The notes under the pieces: generated by a model
Told to the model about the DNA's origin: nothing
Database searches by the model: none
What the model saw: the letters and a program-made list of their open reading frames with translations, nothing else
IMG/VR virus record: IMGVR_UViG_2663762908_000002
Reading direction: 5' to 3' (one strand)
DNA length: 14,084 nucleotides
DNA from: a virus
Taxonomy: Duplodnaviria; Heunggongvirae; Uroviricota; Caudoviricetes
Translations under genes and position numbers: made by a program
Part shown: positions 1 to 6,728 of the stretch, piece after piece
Layout: every line of letters begins with the position of its first letter
How positions within the stretch are numbered: the first letter of the stretch is position 1

Positions 1-1299
1 CTAAAGACGCATCCCCTTCCCTTTGCGATGTAGCATCAAAGAAACCAGAAACGCCACCACGGCCATCAAGGTCACATACCAGAAGAAGGCTGTTTCCATT
101 CCTATTGATTTCAGCGACAACGCTACGTACTCCGCCGAACCACCAAATATAGCATTAGCGACCGCATATGACAGACCAACGCCTAATGCGCGAACCTGTG
201 CCGGGAACATCTCAGCCTTCAGTATTCCACTGATTGATGTATAAAAACTCACTATCAGCAGGGCACACATCACCAGACCAAAAGCGGCATAAGGCGAGGA
301 AACGTTTTGCAATGCTGAGAGAATAGGAACGGTAAAAATGGCTGCCAGCGAACCGAAACATAACATTGAGGTACGGCGACCAATCTTATCCGACAGCGCG
401 CCAATGAGTGGTTGAATAAGCATGAATACAAACAATGCGGCAGTCATAATGCCACTCGCCACGTTGGCATGCATTCCCGCAGTATTTACCAGATACTTCT
501 GCATATAAGTAGTGAAGGTATAGAAACAAAGGGAGCCCGCAGCGGTAAAACCGAGAACCATGATGAATGCACGGCGATTGCGCCATAATCCTTTCAGAGA
601 TCCAGCTTCTTTTAAAGCGCGCGTTTCTTGTTGCGAAGTTTCATCTAACTGACGACGTAACCACAACGCCACAACAGCTAACACAGCTCCTAACGCGAAA
701 GGAATACGCCATCCCCACTCTCTGAGTGCAGCGTCTTCCATGGTGTGTTGTAAAACCACGACAACCAGTAGGGCTAGCAGTTGTCCGCCGATCAACGTCA
801 CATACTGAAATGATGCGTAAAAACCTTTGCGCCCTTCAACGGCAACTTCACTCATATAGGTGGCGCTGGTGCCATATTCTCCGCCAACGGATAATCCCTG
901 AAATAAACGAGCGAGAAGCAATAATGCCGGAGCCCACGTACCTATAGTTTCATAACCTGGGAGGCAGGCGATAACCAGCGATCCGAAACACATCATACAC
1001 ACCGATAACAGCATCGATTTTTTGCGACCATGTTTATCGGCTATGCGGCCAAATAGCCAACCGCCTATTGGGCGCATCAGGAATCCCGCAGCAAAAACAC
1101 CTGCTGTTTGTAGTAGTTGAGTCGTCGTGTTCCCGGAAGGGAAGAAAATGTGGGCGAAGTAGAGTGAACAGAACGAGTAGACATAGAAATCGAACCACTC
1201 GACCAGATTACCTGAAGAGGCCCCCACAATCGCCCAAATGCGGCGACGAGTATCACTACTTGTCAGTTTGCTGTCTGCCGTTACAGTACTTTCAGCCAT
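1..1299 (-). CDS. kgtP: alpha-ketoglutarate:H+ symporter (MFS transporter), 432 aa
   Basis: Translation from the ATG at 1299 ([41 protein letters not shown]...) matches E. coli KgtP as I recall it; AGGAGA Shine-Dalgarno 9 nt upstream; TAG stop at 1-3. The ORF-track start at 1401 adds 34 residues with no RBS and is rejected. Confidence 0.93.
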
Positions 1300-1534
1300 G
1301 CCATTATGTCTCCTGCCGTAATCCGATGCTTTTGTTGGTCGCTTTTGTTTATTTCTTTTGGTAAAGAAAATGTTATACATTTGTTGCGTATCATTATGCA
1401 ACCTTAACCATGAATTTAGTTAGCAGGAAAATGGTTATTGAGGAGCTTAAGGATAAATTTCTGGTAAGGAGGACACGTATGGAAGTAGGCAAGTTGGGGA
1501 AACCGCATCCGTTGCTGAATCTGGCATATGTGGG

Positions 1535-1564
1535 AGTATAAGACGCGCAGCGTCGCATCAGGCA
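1535..1564 (-). repeat. REP (repetitive extragenic palindromic) element, single copy
   Basis: Minus-strand sequence GCCTGATGCGACGCTGCGCGTCTTATAC resembles the E. coli REP consensus; imperfect palindrome. Confidence 0.5.
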
Positions 1565-1577
1565 TTTTTTTCACCAA

Positions 1578-1607
1578 CGCAAAAAGGCCATCCTGACGGA
1601 TGGCCTT
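1578..1607 (-). terminator. Rho-independent terminator at the end of an rrn operon
   Basis: Hairpin GGCCATCC / GGATGGCC (1586-1593 with 1598-1605, loop TGAC) followed on the minus strand by a T run (plus-strand A run 1581-1585); the same hairpin sequence is known from rrn operon terminators. Confidence 0.8.
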
Positions 1608-1619
1608 TCGCTTGATTTG

Positions 1620-1680
1620 ATGCCTGGCAGTTCCCTACTCTCGCATGGGGAGACCCCACACTACCATCGGCGCTACGGCG
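1620..1680 (-). rRNA. rrf: 5S ribosomal RNA, 3' 61 nt only (truncated by scaffold gap)
   Basis: Reverse complement of 1620-1680 reads ...CGCCGUAGCGCCGAUGGUAGUGUGGGGUCUCCCCAUGCGAGAGUAGGGAACUGCCAGGCAU, the canonical 3' half of E. coli 5S rRNA; interrupted by the N run. Confidence 0.9.
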
Positions 1681-1690
1681 NNNNNNNNNN
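1681..1690. other. assembly gap (10 N), contig junction
   Basis: Run of 10 n characters; unrelated sequence context on either side. Confidence 0.99.
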
Positions 1691-2740
1691 TTAGGCCAGC
1701 ACACCAATTGCCAGCGCGTGATCGATAAATCGAAAAATCAGCTCCAGTTGGGAGCCATACTTCTCTTCAAATGCCACGGTATCCGTATGCAGTTCGTCGT
1801 GATGCTTTCTGCATAAAGGCAACACAAAAAGATCATGTGCTTTGGTTCCCATTCCGCCCTGCCCGTGACCAATCAGATGATGCGGATCGTCGGCTGGCAT
1901 ACCGCAGCAAGCACACGGCTGTGTCTTCACCCAGCGAGTGTATTTCTCCTTAACCCAGCGGCGACGTTTAGGTAGCTTCATGAAAGATTCCGGAGACTCA
2001 GGATCAACGGTGATGCTTACCACCGTCCTTTCCTGTAGTGGGTGTTGTTCCTGGTGGGCGTGAGGCAACAGTGCAAGATTTTTTGTGCGCTGTTTCAATA
2101 TGCTGGTGGCGGTCTGCTCTCCCGGTACGATGTCGCTTTCGCGGTACATTGAGCGGATTTTTTCCGCTGGTAATCCCAGCGAGCGACGTAATACCGCTTC
2201 AGGTAGCGCATCCGCCACCTGATTTCGGACCGCCCACCAGGATAATTCAGCCAGAGATAATTCACGCTCCTGCGTACCGCTTATTGCGTGACCGATGACG
2301 TCAATCATCCATGCTGACAGGTTTTGATGAGCAAGTTGCTCGAGTGATTCGGATGTCTGGTCACGCAGCTGGTTGTCGCAGTGCCAGCACAACACCATTG
2401 CGCCGGTACCATAACGGTGAATGACGGTTTCACTGTGGTGATAATCGCCGTGTGGCCACTGGCAGGATTTAATATGGCGCAACAGCCAGTCAGACAATGC
2501 ACCAGCACCACCAGCAGCACGAATCACCCGTGCGTTACTGAAAAACGGCAGCAATGTTTTGTCTTCCACCAGCGGCTGGCGAACGGCAGGAACGACCCCG
2601 GACGGCAGATTACGCATGCTTTTCGGTTCCGGCTCCACCAGTACCCGGGTATTGTGGAATACCGGCATGGATTCACGGCCCGGCTTAACGATCACCACCC
2701 CGAGTTCCGGTACCAGAACAGGTCGAAGTAATACCCGCAC
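1691..2740 (-). CDS. YdfU-like prophage protein with a DUF968-type Cys/His-rich C-terminal region, 349 aa
   Basis: ORF with GTG start at 2740 preceded by GGAGG 4 nt upstream, immediately after the upstream gene stop. The C-terminal Cys/His cluster, the length and the position next to hok match my recollection of Qin YdfU. TAA stop is the first triplet after the gap. Confidence 0.7.
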   Translation of the reverse strand: MRVLLRPVLVPELGVVIVKPGRESMPVFHNTRVLVEPEPKSMRNLPSGVVPAVRQPLVEDKTLLPFFSNARVIRAAGGAGALSDWLLRHIKSCQWPHGDYHHSETVIHRYGTGAMVLCWHCDNQLRDQTSESLEQLAHQNLSAWMIDVIGHAISGTQERELSLAELSWWAVRNQVADALPEAVLRRSLGLPAEKIRSMYRESDIVPGEQTATSILKQRTKNLALLPHAHQEQHPLQERTVVSITVDPESPESFMKLPKRRRWVKEKYTRWVKTQPCACCGMPADDPHHLIGHGQGGMGTKAHDLFVLPLCRKHHDELHTDTVAFEEKYGSQLELIFRFIDHALAIGVLA

Positions 2741-2741
2741 G

Positions 2742-3020
2742 TTACCTCCAGATCCGTTGCTGGTATGTGCGGGATGAACGCGGTGGGCGTTCGGAGTAAG
2801 GGAGTCTGACTGAGATTATCCAGTGACGGTAGTCGAGGCTAAGAGCTTTCTTAACCTCGTATCCGCGCCTGCGGTAACACTGAATTATCCATTCCGCCTG
2901 CTCTTCAGTGCATGGAGGATGCTGGAACCAGTCTGATTTGAATGCGTGAAAACGCCGTCCGCACCTACTGGCAAAGACGGCAGAATCATTAGAATTGTGT
3001 AATTTGGTATCGTGCGCCAT
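2742..3020 (-). CDS. small prophage protein at the position of Rem in Qin, 92 aa from ATG 3020 (start uncertain)
   Basis: ORF between hok and the ydfU-like gene. The longer ORF-track version starts with GTG at 3149, has no SD and would span the terminator hairpin at 3090-3119, so the internal ATG at 3020 is preferred. Identity with Rem not verified. Confidence 0.4.
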   Translation of the reverse strand: MAHDTKLHNSNDSAVFASRCGRRFHAFKSDWFQHPPCTEEQAEWIIQCYRRRGYEVKKALSLDYRHWIISVRLPYSERPPRSSRTYQQRIWR

Positions 3021-3089
3021 CGGTTGTCTCTGCTGGCGCAGCAGGTGCCAGTTGTTCAGGCTGGCGTGCGAATTGTAAACCAGAATGCC

Positions 3090-3119
3090 AGGAAAAAACA
3101 AAACCCGCCGAAGCGGGTT
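3090..3119 (-). terminator. Rho-independent terminator downstream of hok
   Basis: Perfect 7-bp stem AACCCGC / GCGGGTT (3102-3108 with 3113-3119, 4-nt loop) followed on the minus strand by UUGUUUUUU (plus 3092-3101). Confidence 0.6.
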
Positions 3120-3187
3120 ACGTGCGGGTGCGTTGAGGATGCCTGACACATCAGAGGTGGCGAGGGATTTCTCCCCCGCCAGGTCTC

Positions 3188-3343
3188 TTACTCCTCAGGT
3201 TCGTAAGCTGTGAAGACAGCGACCTCCGTCTGGCCGGTTCGGATTCGTACCTCGCAGAGGTCTTTCCTCGTTACCAGTGCCGTCACTATGACGGTTAAAC
3301 AGATGACGATCAGGGCGATTAACATCGCCTTTTGCTGCTTCAT
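3188..3343 (-). CDS. hokD: Hok-family type I toxin, 51 aa (not in ORF track; below size cut-off)
   Basis: Hand translation of the minus strand gives MKQQKAMLIALIVICLTVIVTALVTRKDLCEVRIRTGQTEVAVFTAYEPEE, which matches HokD/RelF as I recall it; AAGGAGA SD upstream; TAA stop. Confidence 0.88.
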   Translation of the reverse strand: MKQQKAMLIALIVICLTVIVTALVTRKDLCEVRIRTGQTEVAVFTAYEPEE

Positions 3344-3399
3344 AGCCTGCTTCTCCTTGACCTTTCGGTCCGTAAGAGGCTAATCTCTATGTGTCGCAT
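3340..3399 (-). CDS. 19-codon upstream ORF ending in an ATGA overlap with the hok start (possible mok-like coupling ORF)
   Basis: Minus-strand ATG at 3399, reading MRHIEISLLRTERSRRSRL, with TGA stop overlapping the hok ATG. No SD checked; speculative. Confidence 0.25.
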   Translation of the reverse strand: MRHIEISLLRTERSRRSRL

Positions 3400-3601
3400 A
3401 GATATGGCCTCAGATTAATGTTAAGCGTCTTGCAGGACGCGTAATGTTAACTGGGGCTTTTCTCTATCTGCCTTTTGGTGTTCATGCCTGAGACAGATAG
3501 CCTCAAGCACCCGCAGTCATTCTACTTAACTAAGATTTCCCCGCAAACCGTTTTTGTCCGGCACAGTAAATATCCAACTAAACCAATGGCGTTCGCTGTA
3601 T

Positions 3602-3781
3602 TTACCGCCAGTATTCAATGCACATGACCGCCATGAACACCCCTAAAAAAAGGGCATTTATATATCCAAATATTAATATCAAAACATCAACTTTTTCCAT
3701 ATACCTTGCTGTGAAGATGATGGGCATACATGATACGAACAACCAGAACGCAACAAACAAAAACTGCAATGCGTTTTTCAT
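3602..3781 (-). CDS. small hydrophobic protein, 59 aa, two predicted transmembrane segments
   Basis: ATG at 3781 preceded by AGGAGG 5 nt upstream; translation MKNALQFLFVAFWLFVSCMPIIFTARYMEKVDVLILIFGYINALFLGVFMAVMCIEYWR; AT-rich gene and flanks. The ORF-track start at 3820 lacks an RBS. Confidence 0.5.
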   Translation of the reverse strand: MKNALQFLFVAFWLFVSCMPIIFTARYMEKVDVLILIFGYINALFLGVFMAVMCIEYWR

Positions 3782-4010
3782 TATTCCTCCTACAATCAAT
3801 GTGCAATTACATTTAAACACACCTCAATTTGGCCGGACATATAAATATCTAAACCAGAAAAAATCACTTACATAGCGTTACAAACTCTTTAGTCTAAATA
3901 TTCATCGTAAAACATTCCCCATACTTATCAGCCCGTTCTGCGCCAGGTAGCTCATTGCCTTATCTGGGAATCTGTAATCAGGTTTCCGGATGCTGGTGGA
4001 TTTTCGCGTT

Positions 4011-4268
4011 TTAGTTGTTCATAAAAGTGCACAGCTTTAACCAGTTCTTCTGATGTAACCGGGACTGGCGGGGCAGTGAATAAGGCCTGAATTTCATAGT
4101 TCGGCCTGTCGTTACAATCCTCTTTTTTCGGTACATATTTCCAGTCACCAGACCACTACTTCCCCTGAAAGTCCGTAACGCCTTTTTTTTCACGTAGCGA
4201 TATCGCCATGCCACTGTTTTTGCTTGCCCCGCCGTTTCATGCCCTTCCTGATAATTAACCTCGCTCAT
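4011..4268 (-). CDS. hypothetical basic protein, 85 aa (doubtful)
   Basis: ATG overlaps the stop of the upstream gene (ATGA), but the ORF is rich in rare Arg codons, low in complexity and spans an A8 homopolymer. Confidence 0.25.
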   Translation of the reverse strand: MSEVNYQEGHETAGQAKTVAWRYRYVKKKALRTFRGSSGLVTGNMYRKKRIVTTGRTMKFRPYSLPRQSRLHQKNWLKLCTFMNN

Positions 4269-4441
4269 TCATCGCCCCACTCATCACAATATGCTTCGAC
4301 CGGAGTTTTTCCTGCTTCATAATCATCACGCCATGCTTCAGCATCAGCAGCACTGCCACCACGTAACTCTGCATAGTCCATTAACAGTTCATGCCATTCT
4401 TCAAAACTGACGTTGTATTTAGTTGAACCAAAATCAGCCAT
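4265..4441 (-). CDS. small acidic protein, 58 aa (not in ORF track)
   Basis: Hand translation MADFGSTKYNVSFEEWHELLMDYAELRGGSAADAEAWRDDYEAGKTPVEAYCDEWGDE; GGAAG SD 7 nt upstream; ATG lies 5 nt before the stop of the preceding ORF (ATGGCTGA). Confidence 0.5.
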   Translation of the reverse strand: MADFGSTKYNVSFEEWHELLMDYAELRGGSAADAEAWRDDYEAGKTPVEAYCDEWGDE

Positions 4442-4616
4442 TTTGTTCTTCCTCTTCGTCTTTTATTTCGTGATATGAGTAATTGCAGTAGTTAAAGAAA
4501 ATATCTTTTGCTTCGTCATGTATTTCATCAGGCGTCGCATCATCATCCACTTCGAATTCATCCTCGAAATCTCCACCGGCTATTCCCGTTTCAATAATTA
4601 TTTTAAACTTTCGCAT
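4434..4616 (-). CDS. small highly acidic protein, 60 aa
   Basis: ORF MRKFKIIIETGIAGGDFEDEFEVDDDATPDEIHDEAKDIFFNYCNYSYHEIKDEEEEQNG; 20 Asp/Glu against 5 Lys/Arg; AGGAGG upstream, separated from the ATG by a hairpin. Confidence 0.55.
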   Translation of the reverse strand: MRKFKIIIETGIAGGDFEDEFEVDDDATPDEIHDEAKDIFFNYCNYSYHEIKDEEEEQNG

Positions 4617-4709
4617 TTAACTACCGCCCTTTCGGGCGGCCTCCTGATGTTCTGAGGGTGCAGAAATCCCTCCGGTTAAGGATTAAATTTTTAACAGAGC
4701 TAAATTTAA

Positions 4710-5066
4710 TTATTCAGTTCTGGATTTTGTCGCCCTGCGTATCCGCGCTTTCGCGTTACGCTCAATCTGAATTAGCTTTTCTATATTTTTTCGCCTTTCC
4801 CGCTCCTCCTGACGCAAGAGCCTTACATCATCTGCCAGTCTGGTTTCTCTTTTCGCCACAGAGAGCATCCAGTCAAATGGCTCCACAACTGCACCGCAGA
4901 TTTTACAGCGGACCTGACGCTCTTTTTCGTCAACCCGGACAGAGGCGTGATGACAATATGGTCTTTCCGATGGCTCATAAAGAAAATTAACCTGATTACG
5001 AGGGTCATCCTCTTTTACCGGAAATAAAACGATATTGCTTAACTCATCCTCTGGTTTTATTTCCAT
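4710..5066 (-). CDS. hypothetical protein, 118 aa, with a Cys/His cluster (CHH...CxxC) and a charged, possibly coiled-coil C-terminus
   Basis: ATG at 5066 with AGGAGAGGAG immediately upstream; the ORF-track start at 5123 has no RBS. Confidence 0.6.
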   Translation of the reverse strand: MEIKPEDELSNIVLFPVKEDDPRNQVNFLYEPSERPYCHHASVRVDEKERQVRCKICGAVVEPFDWMLSVAKRETRLADDVRLLRQEERERRKNIEKLIQIERNAKARIRRATKSRTE

Positions 5067-5123
5067 GCTCCTCTCCTTTGATGCGAATGCCAGCGGTAAT
5101 TGAAGCCTGATAGCTAATTTCAC

Positions 5124-5546
5124 TCACAGTACCGCCTCCTGAAAATTACCCTGATAGAAAGCCAGTACACGCTGCATAGCTTCACTCTTCCGGCACTCGC
5201 GACAGATTATGTTTAGGCGACTGTCGTAGCGACGTATTTCTCCGTCAGGTGATGACCAGATAAGGTCCGGATCAACCACAGCAGGTTTCTTCACCTTTGC
5301 CCTCGAGAGTTTTTTGCGGGCGTTTTGCCAGTCCTTACGCGCCTGTTCAGAGGGGAATAACCCGTAGCCGGAGTTGTATACATCGCCGCTGGCAACCAGC
5401 TCTCTTGCGAGAACGCTCATCAGATATCTTGTCGCACCTGTCTTGACTTCCAGTTGCCGTAACGTCTCACGCCCACTCTGGCGTACGAGTTCAACAACCT
5501 GCCCTTTAATTTTTTCTCGCTCTTCTTGTGTAAAAACTTTTGCCAC
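5124..5546 (-). CDS. hypothetical prophage protein, 140 aa
   Basis: GTG start at 5546 with AGGAGGG 3 nt upstream; sits directly downstream of the replication initiator gene. Confidence 0.55.
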   Translation of the reverse strand: MAKVFTQEEREKIKGQVVELVRQSGRETLRQLEVKTGATRYLMSVLARELVASGDVYNSGYGLFPSEQARKDWQNARKKLSRAKVKKPAVVDPDLIWSSPDGEIRRYDSRLNIICRECRKSEAMQRVLAFYQGNFQEAVL

Positions 5547-5586
5547 AAGCCCTCCTGAAAATTACCTCATGACCAGAAATCAACAC

Positions 5587-6657
5587 TTACCCCCTGAAGC
5601 CCGGTGGAATTTCGGTATCCGGTTCAGAAATATGATTCACACAACGCTGGTTGTTCGTGCCGCTTACCGGGAGCAACCAGGGGTTCTCAAAATTCCGGTC
5701 CGGTCCAAAAAACGTCGTCGCTCGCTGAACAAATTCCGTTCCCGTTTTCCCGGTAGCCGCCAAGTATCTTGCGTAACGCCTCACGCCATCCAGCATGGCC
5801 TCTGGTGGCACCCCCTCGCGTAATCTGGCCTTCCAGGCACTGAAAGCGGATTTCTTCGGGTTTGCTCCGGCACGCAACGGGTACTCCCGCCAGACCTGTT
5901 CGAACACATCCGGATAATCCACTCGTCCCACAGACAGCCCGGTGTTTTCCGGGACTACCCGATCGGCTTCCCGCTGAATGGCGGAATCGGCTTCAGGCTG
6001 CTGCAGTTGGTGTGATTGCTCCGGCCTTGGGGTCATCACCTGCTGCACAGCGCCCGAATCGGCTTTCAGCGCATACGCTGAATCGGCTTCCGGTGTCGTG
6101 CCTGCTGGCTGACCAGGATTGACGGTCTGAACATCCCCTGCCTGGTTCGTGGCGTTTTTTACGCCATGGACCATAGTGTTTTGATCTTCTTGATCTGTAT
6201 CTTTATCTGTATCTTTATCTGTCGTGACTCGTCGTGACATGTGCGTGACATTTCGTGACGCGCCGTGACAATCGCCATTTTGTTCCCGCTTTCTTTCCCT
6301 CTCTCGCTGCGCCCTCTTGCGCTCTGCCGGAGATTTTGCGGTTTGCGAAATATTGCCGTTGTCCTCTTTCAGCACCTGGCGTTTTTCCCATCCAGTGATT
6401 AAATCACCATCAAGTACCCGCCCCTGCATCGTCTGCAAAATTGAATCAATTACCTCTTCTGTCACGTCGAGCGCACTTGCCAAATCTTCTGTCGTGACAT
6501 CAATGTGACCTCGCGTGACATTTCGTGACGCGCTCACCAGGAGGTGGATATACACTGCCATCACTGTTGCAATTGGCTGCCCTGACACCCTGGCAATTGT
6601 TCGCCACTTAGGGTCATTTGGCATGTCATGCCATAATCTGAGCCAGGCGTTAGCCAT
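5587..6657 (-). CDS. phage replication initiation protein (O-like), 356 aa
   Basis: ATG at 6657 with GAGG 5 nt upstream. The N-terminus (MANAWLRLWHDMPNDPKWRTIARVSGQPIATV...) and a C-terminal motif block resemble phage replication-initiator families as I recall them; internal iteron-like repeats support an embedded origin. Confidence 0.7.
   Translation of the reverse strand: MANAWLRLWHDMPNDPKWRTIARVSGQPIATVMAVYIHLLVSASRNVTRGHIDVTTEDLASALDVTEEVIDSILQTMQGRVLDGDLITGWEKRQVLKEDNGNISQTAKSPAERKRAQRERERKREQNGDCHGASRNVTHMSRRVTTDKDTDKDTDQEDQNTMVHGVKNATNQAGDVQTVNPGQPAGTTPEADSAYALKADSGAVQQVMTPRPEQSHQLQQPEADSAIQREADRVVPENTGLSVGRVDYPDVFEQVWREYPLRAGANPKKSAFSAWKARLREGVPPEAMLDGVRRYARYLAATGKTGTEFVQRATTFFGPDRNFENPWLLPVSGTNNQRCVNHISEPDTEIPPGFRG
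6193..6222. repeat. tandem repeat, 12-bp unit ATCTGTATCTTT, 2.5 copies, AT-rich, next to iterons
   Basis: Direct reading; two GATC sites lie immediately upstream (6183-6186, 6192-6195). Confidence 0.8.
6223..6269. repeat. iteron-like array: 5 copies of CGTGAC at 10-11 bp spacing (putative phage origin)
   Basis: CGTGAC at 6223, 6233, 6244, 6254 and 6264; helical periodicity; inside the replication initiator gene. Confidence 0.55.
6494..6533. repeat. second iteron-like array: 4 copies of GTGAC at 10-11 bp spacing
   Basis: GTGAC at 6494, 6505, 6515 and 6525; a 21-nt exact copy (6513-6533) of 6243-6263. Confidence 0.5.
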
Positions 6658-6728
6658 ACTCACCTCTTCTGATACCGAATCTTTTTACTCACGAGTTGCC
6701 GGAAGCGATTCGATATGGCTATTGTCAG

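Noticed and set aside
1300-1401. N-terminal extension of kgtP to the ORF-track start at 1401 (466 aa)
   Set aside because: No RBS at 1401; the internal ATG at 1299 has an SD and gives the 432-aa protein that begins [11 protein letters not shown], the KgtP N-terminus as I recall it.
3021-3149. Longer version of the Rem-position ORF starting at GTG 3149 (135 aa)
   Set aside because: No SD before the GTG, and the ORF would read through the intrinsic terminator hairpin at 3090-3119; the ATG at 3020 is preferred, though still uncertain.
3344-3600. Searched for relE and relB directly upstream of hok, as in the K-12 relBEF operon
   Set aside because: All three minus-strand frames contain stop codons around 3525-3540; no ORF of relE size fits between hok and the upstream membrane-protein gene.
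3618-3875. Plus-strand 85-aa ORF antisense to the small membrane protein gene
   Set aside because: Low-complexity translation of AT-rich DNA with no RBS; overlaps a better-supported gene on the opposite strand.
6188-6533. CRISPR array as an explanation for the repeated GTGAC and 21-nt repeats
   Set aside because: Repeat units are only 5-6 bp at 10-11 bp spacing with no 28-37 bp repeat and spacer alternation, and they lie inside a coding sequence; an iteron origin fits better.
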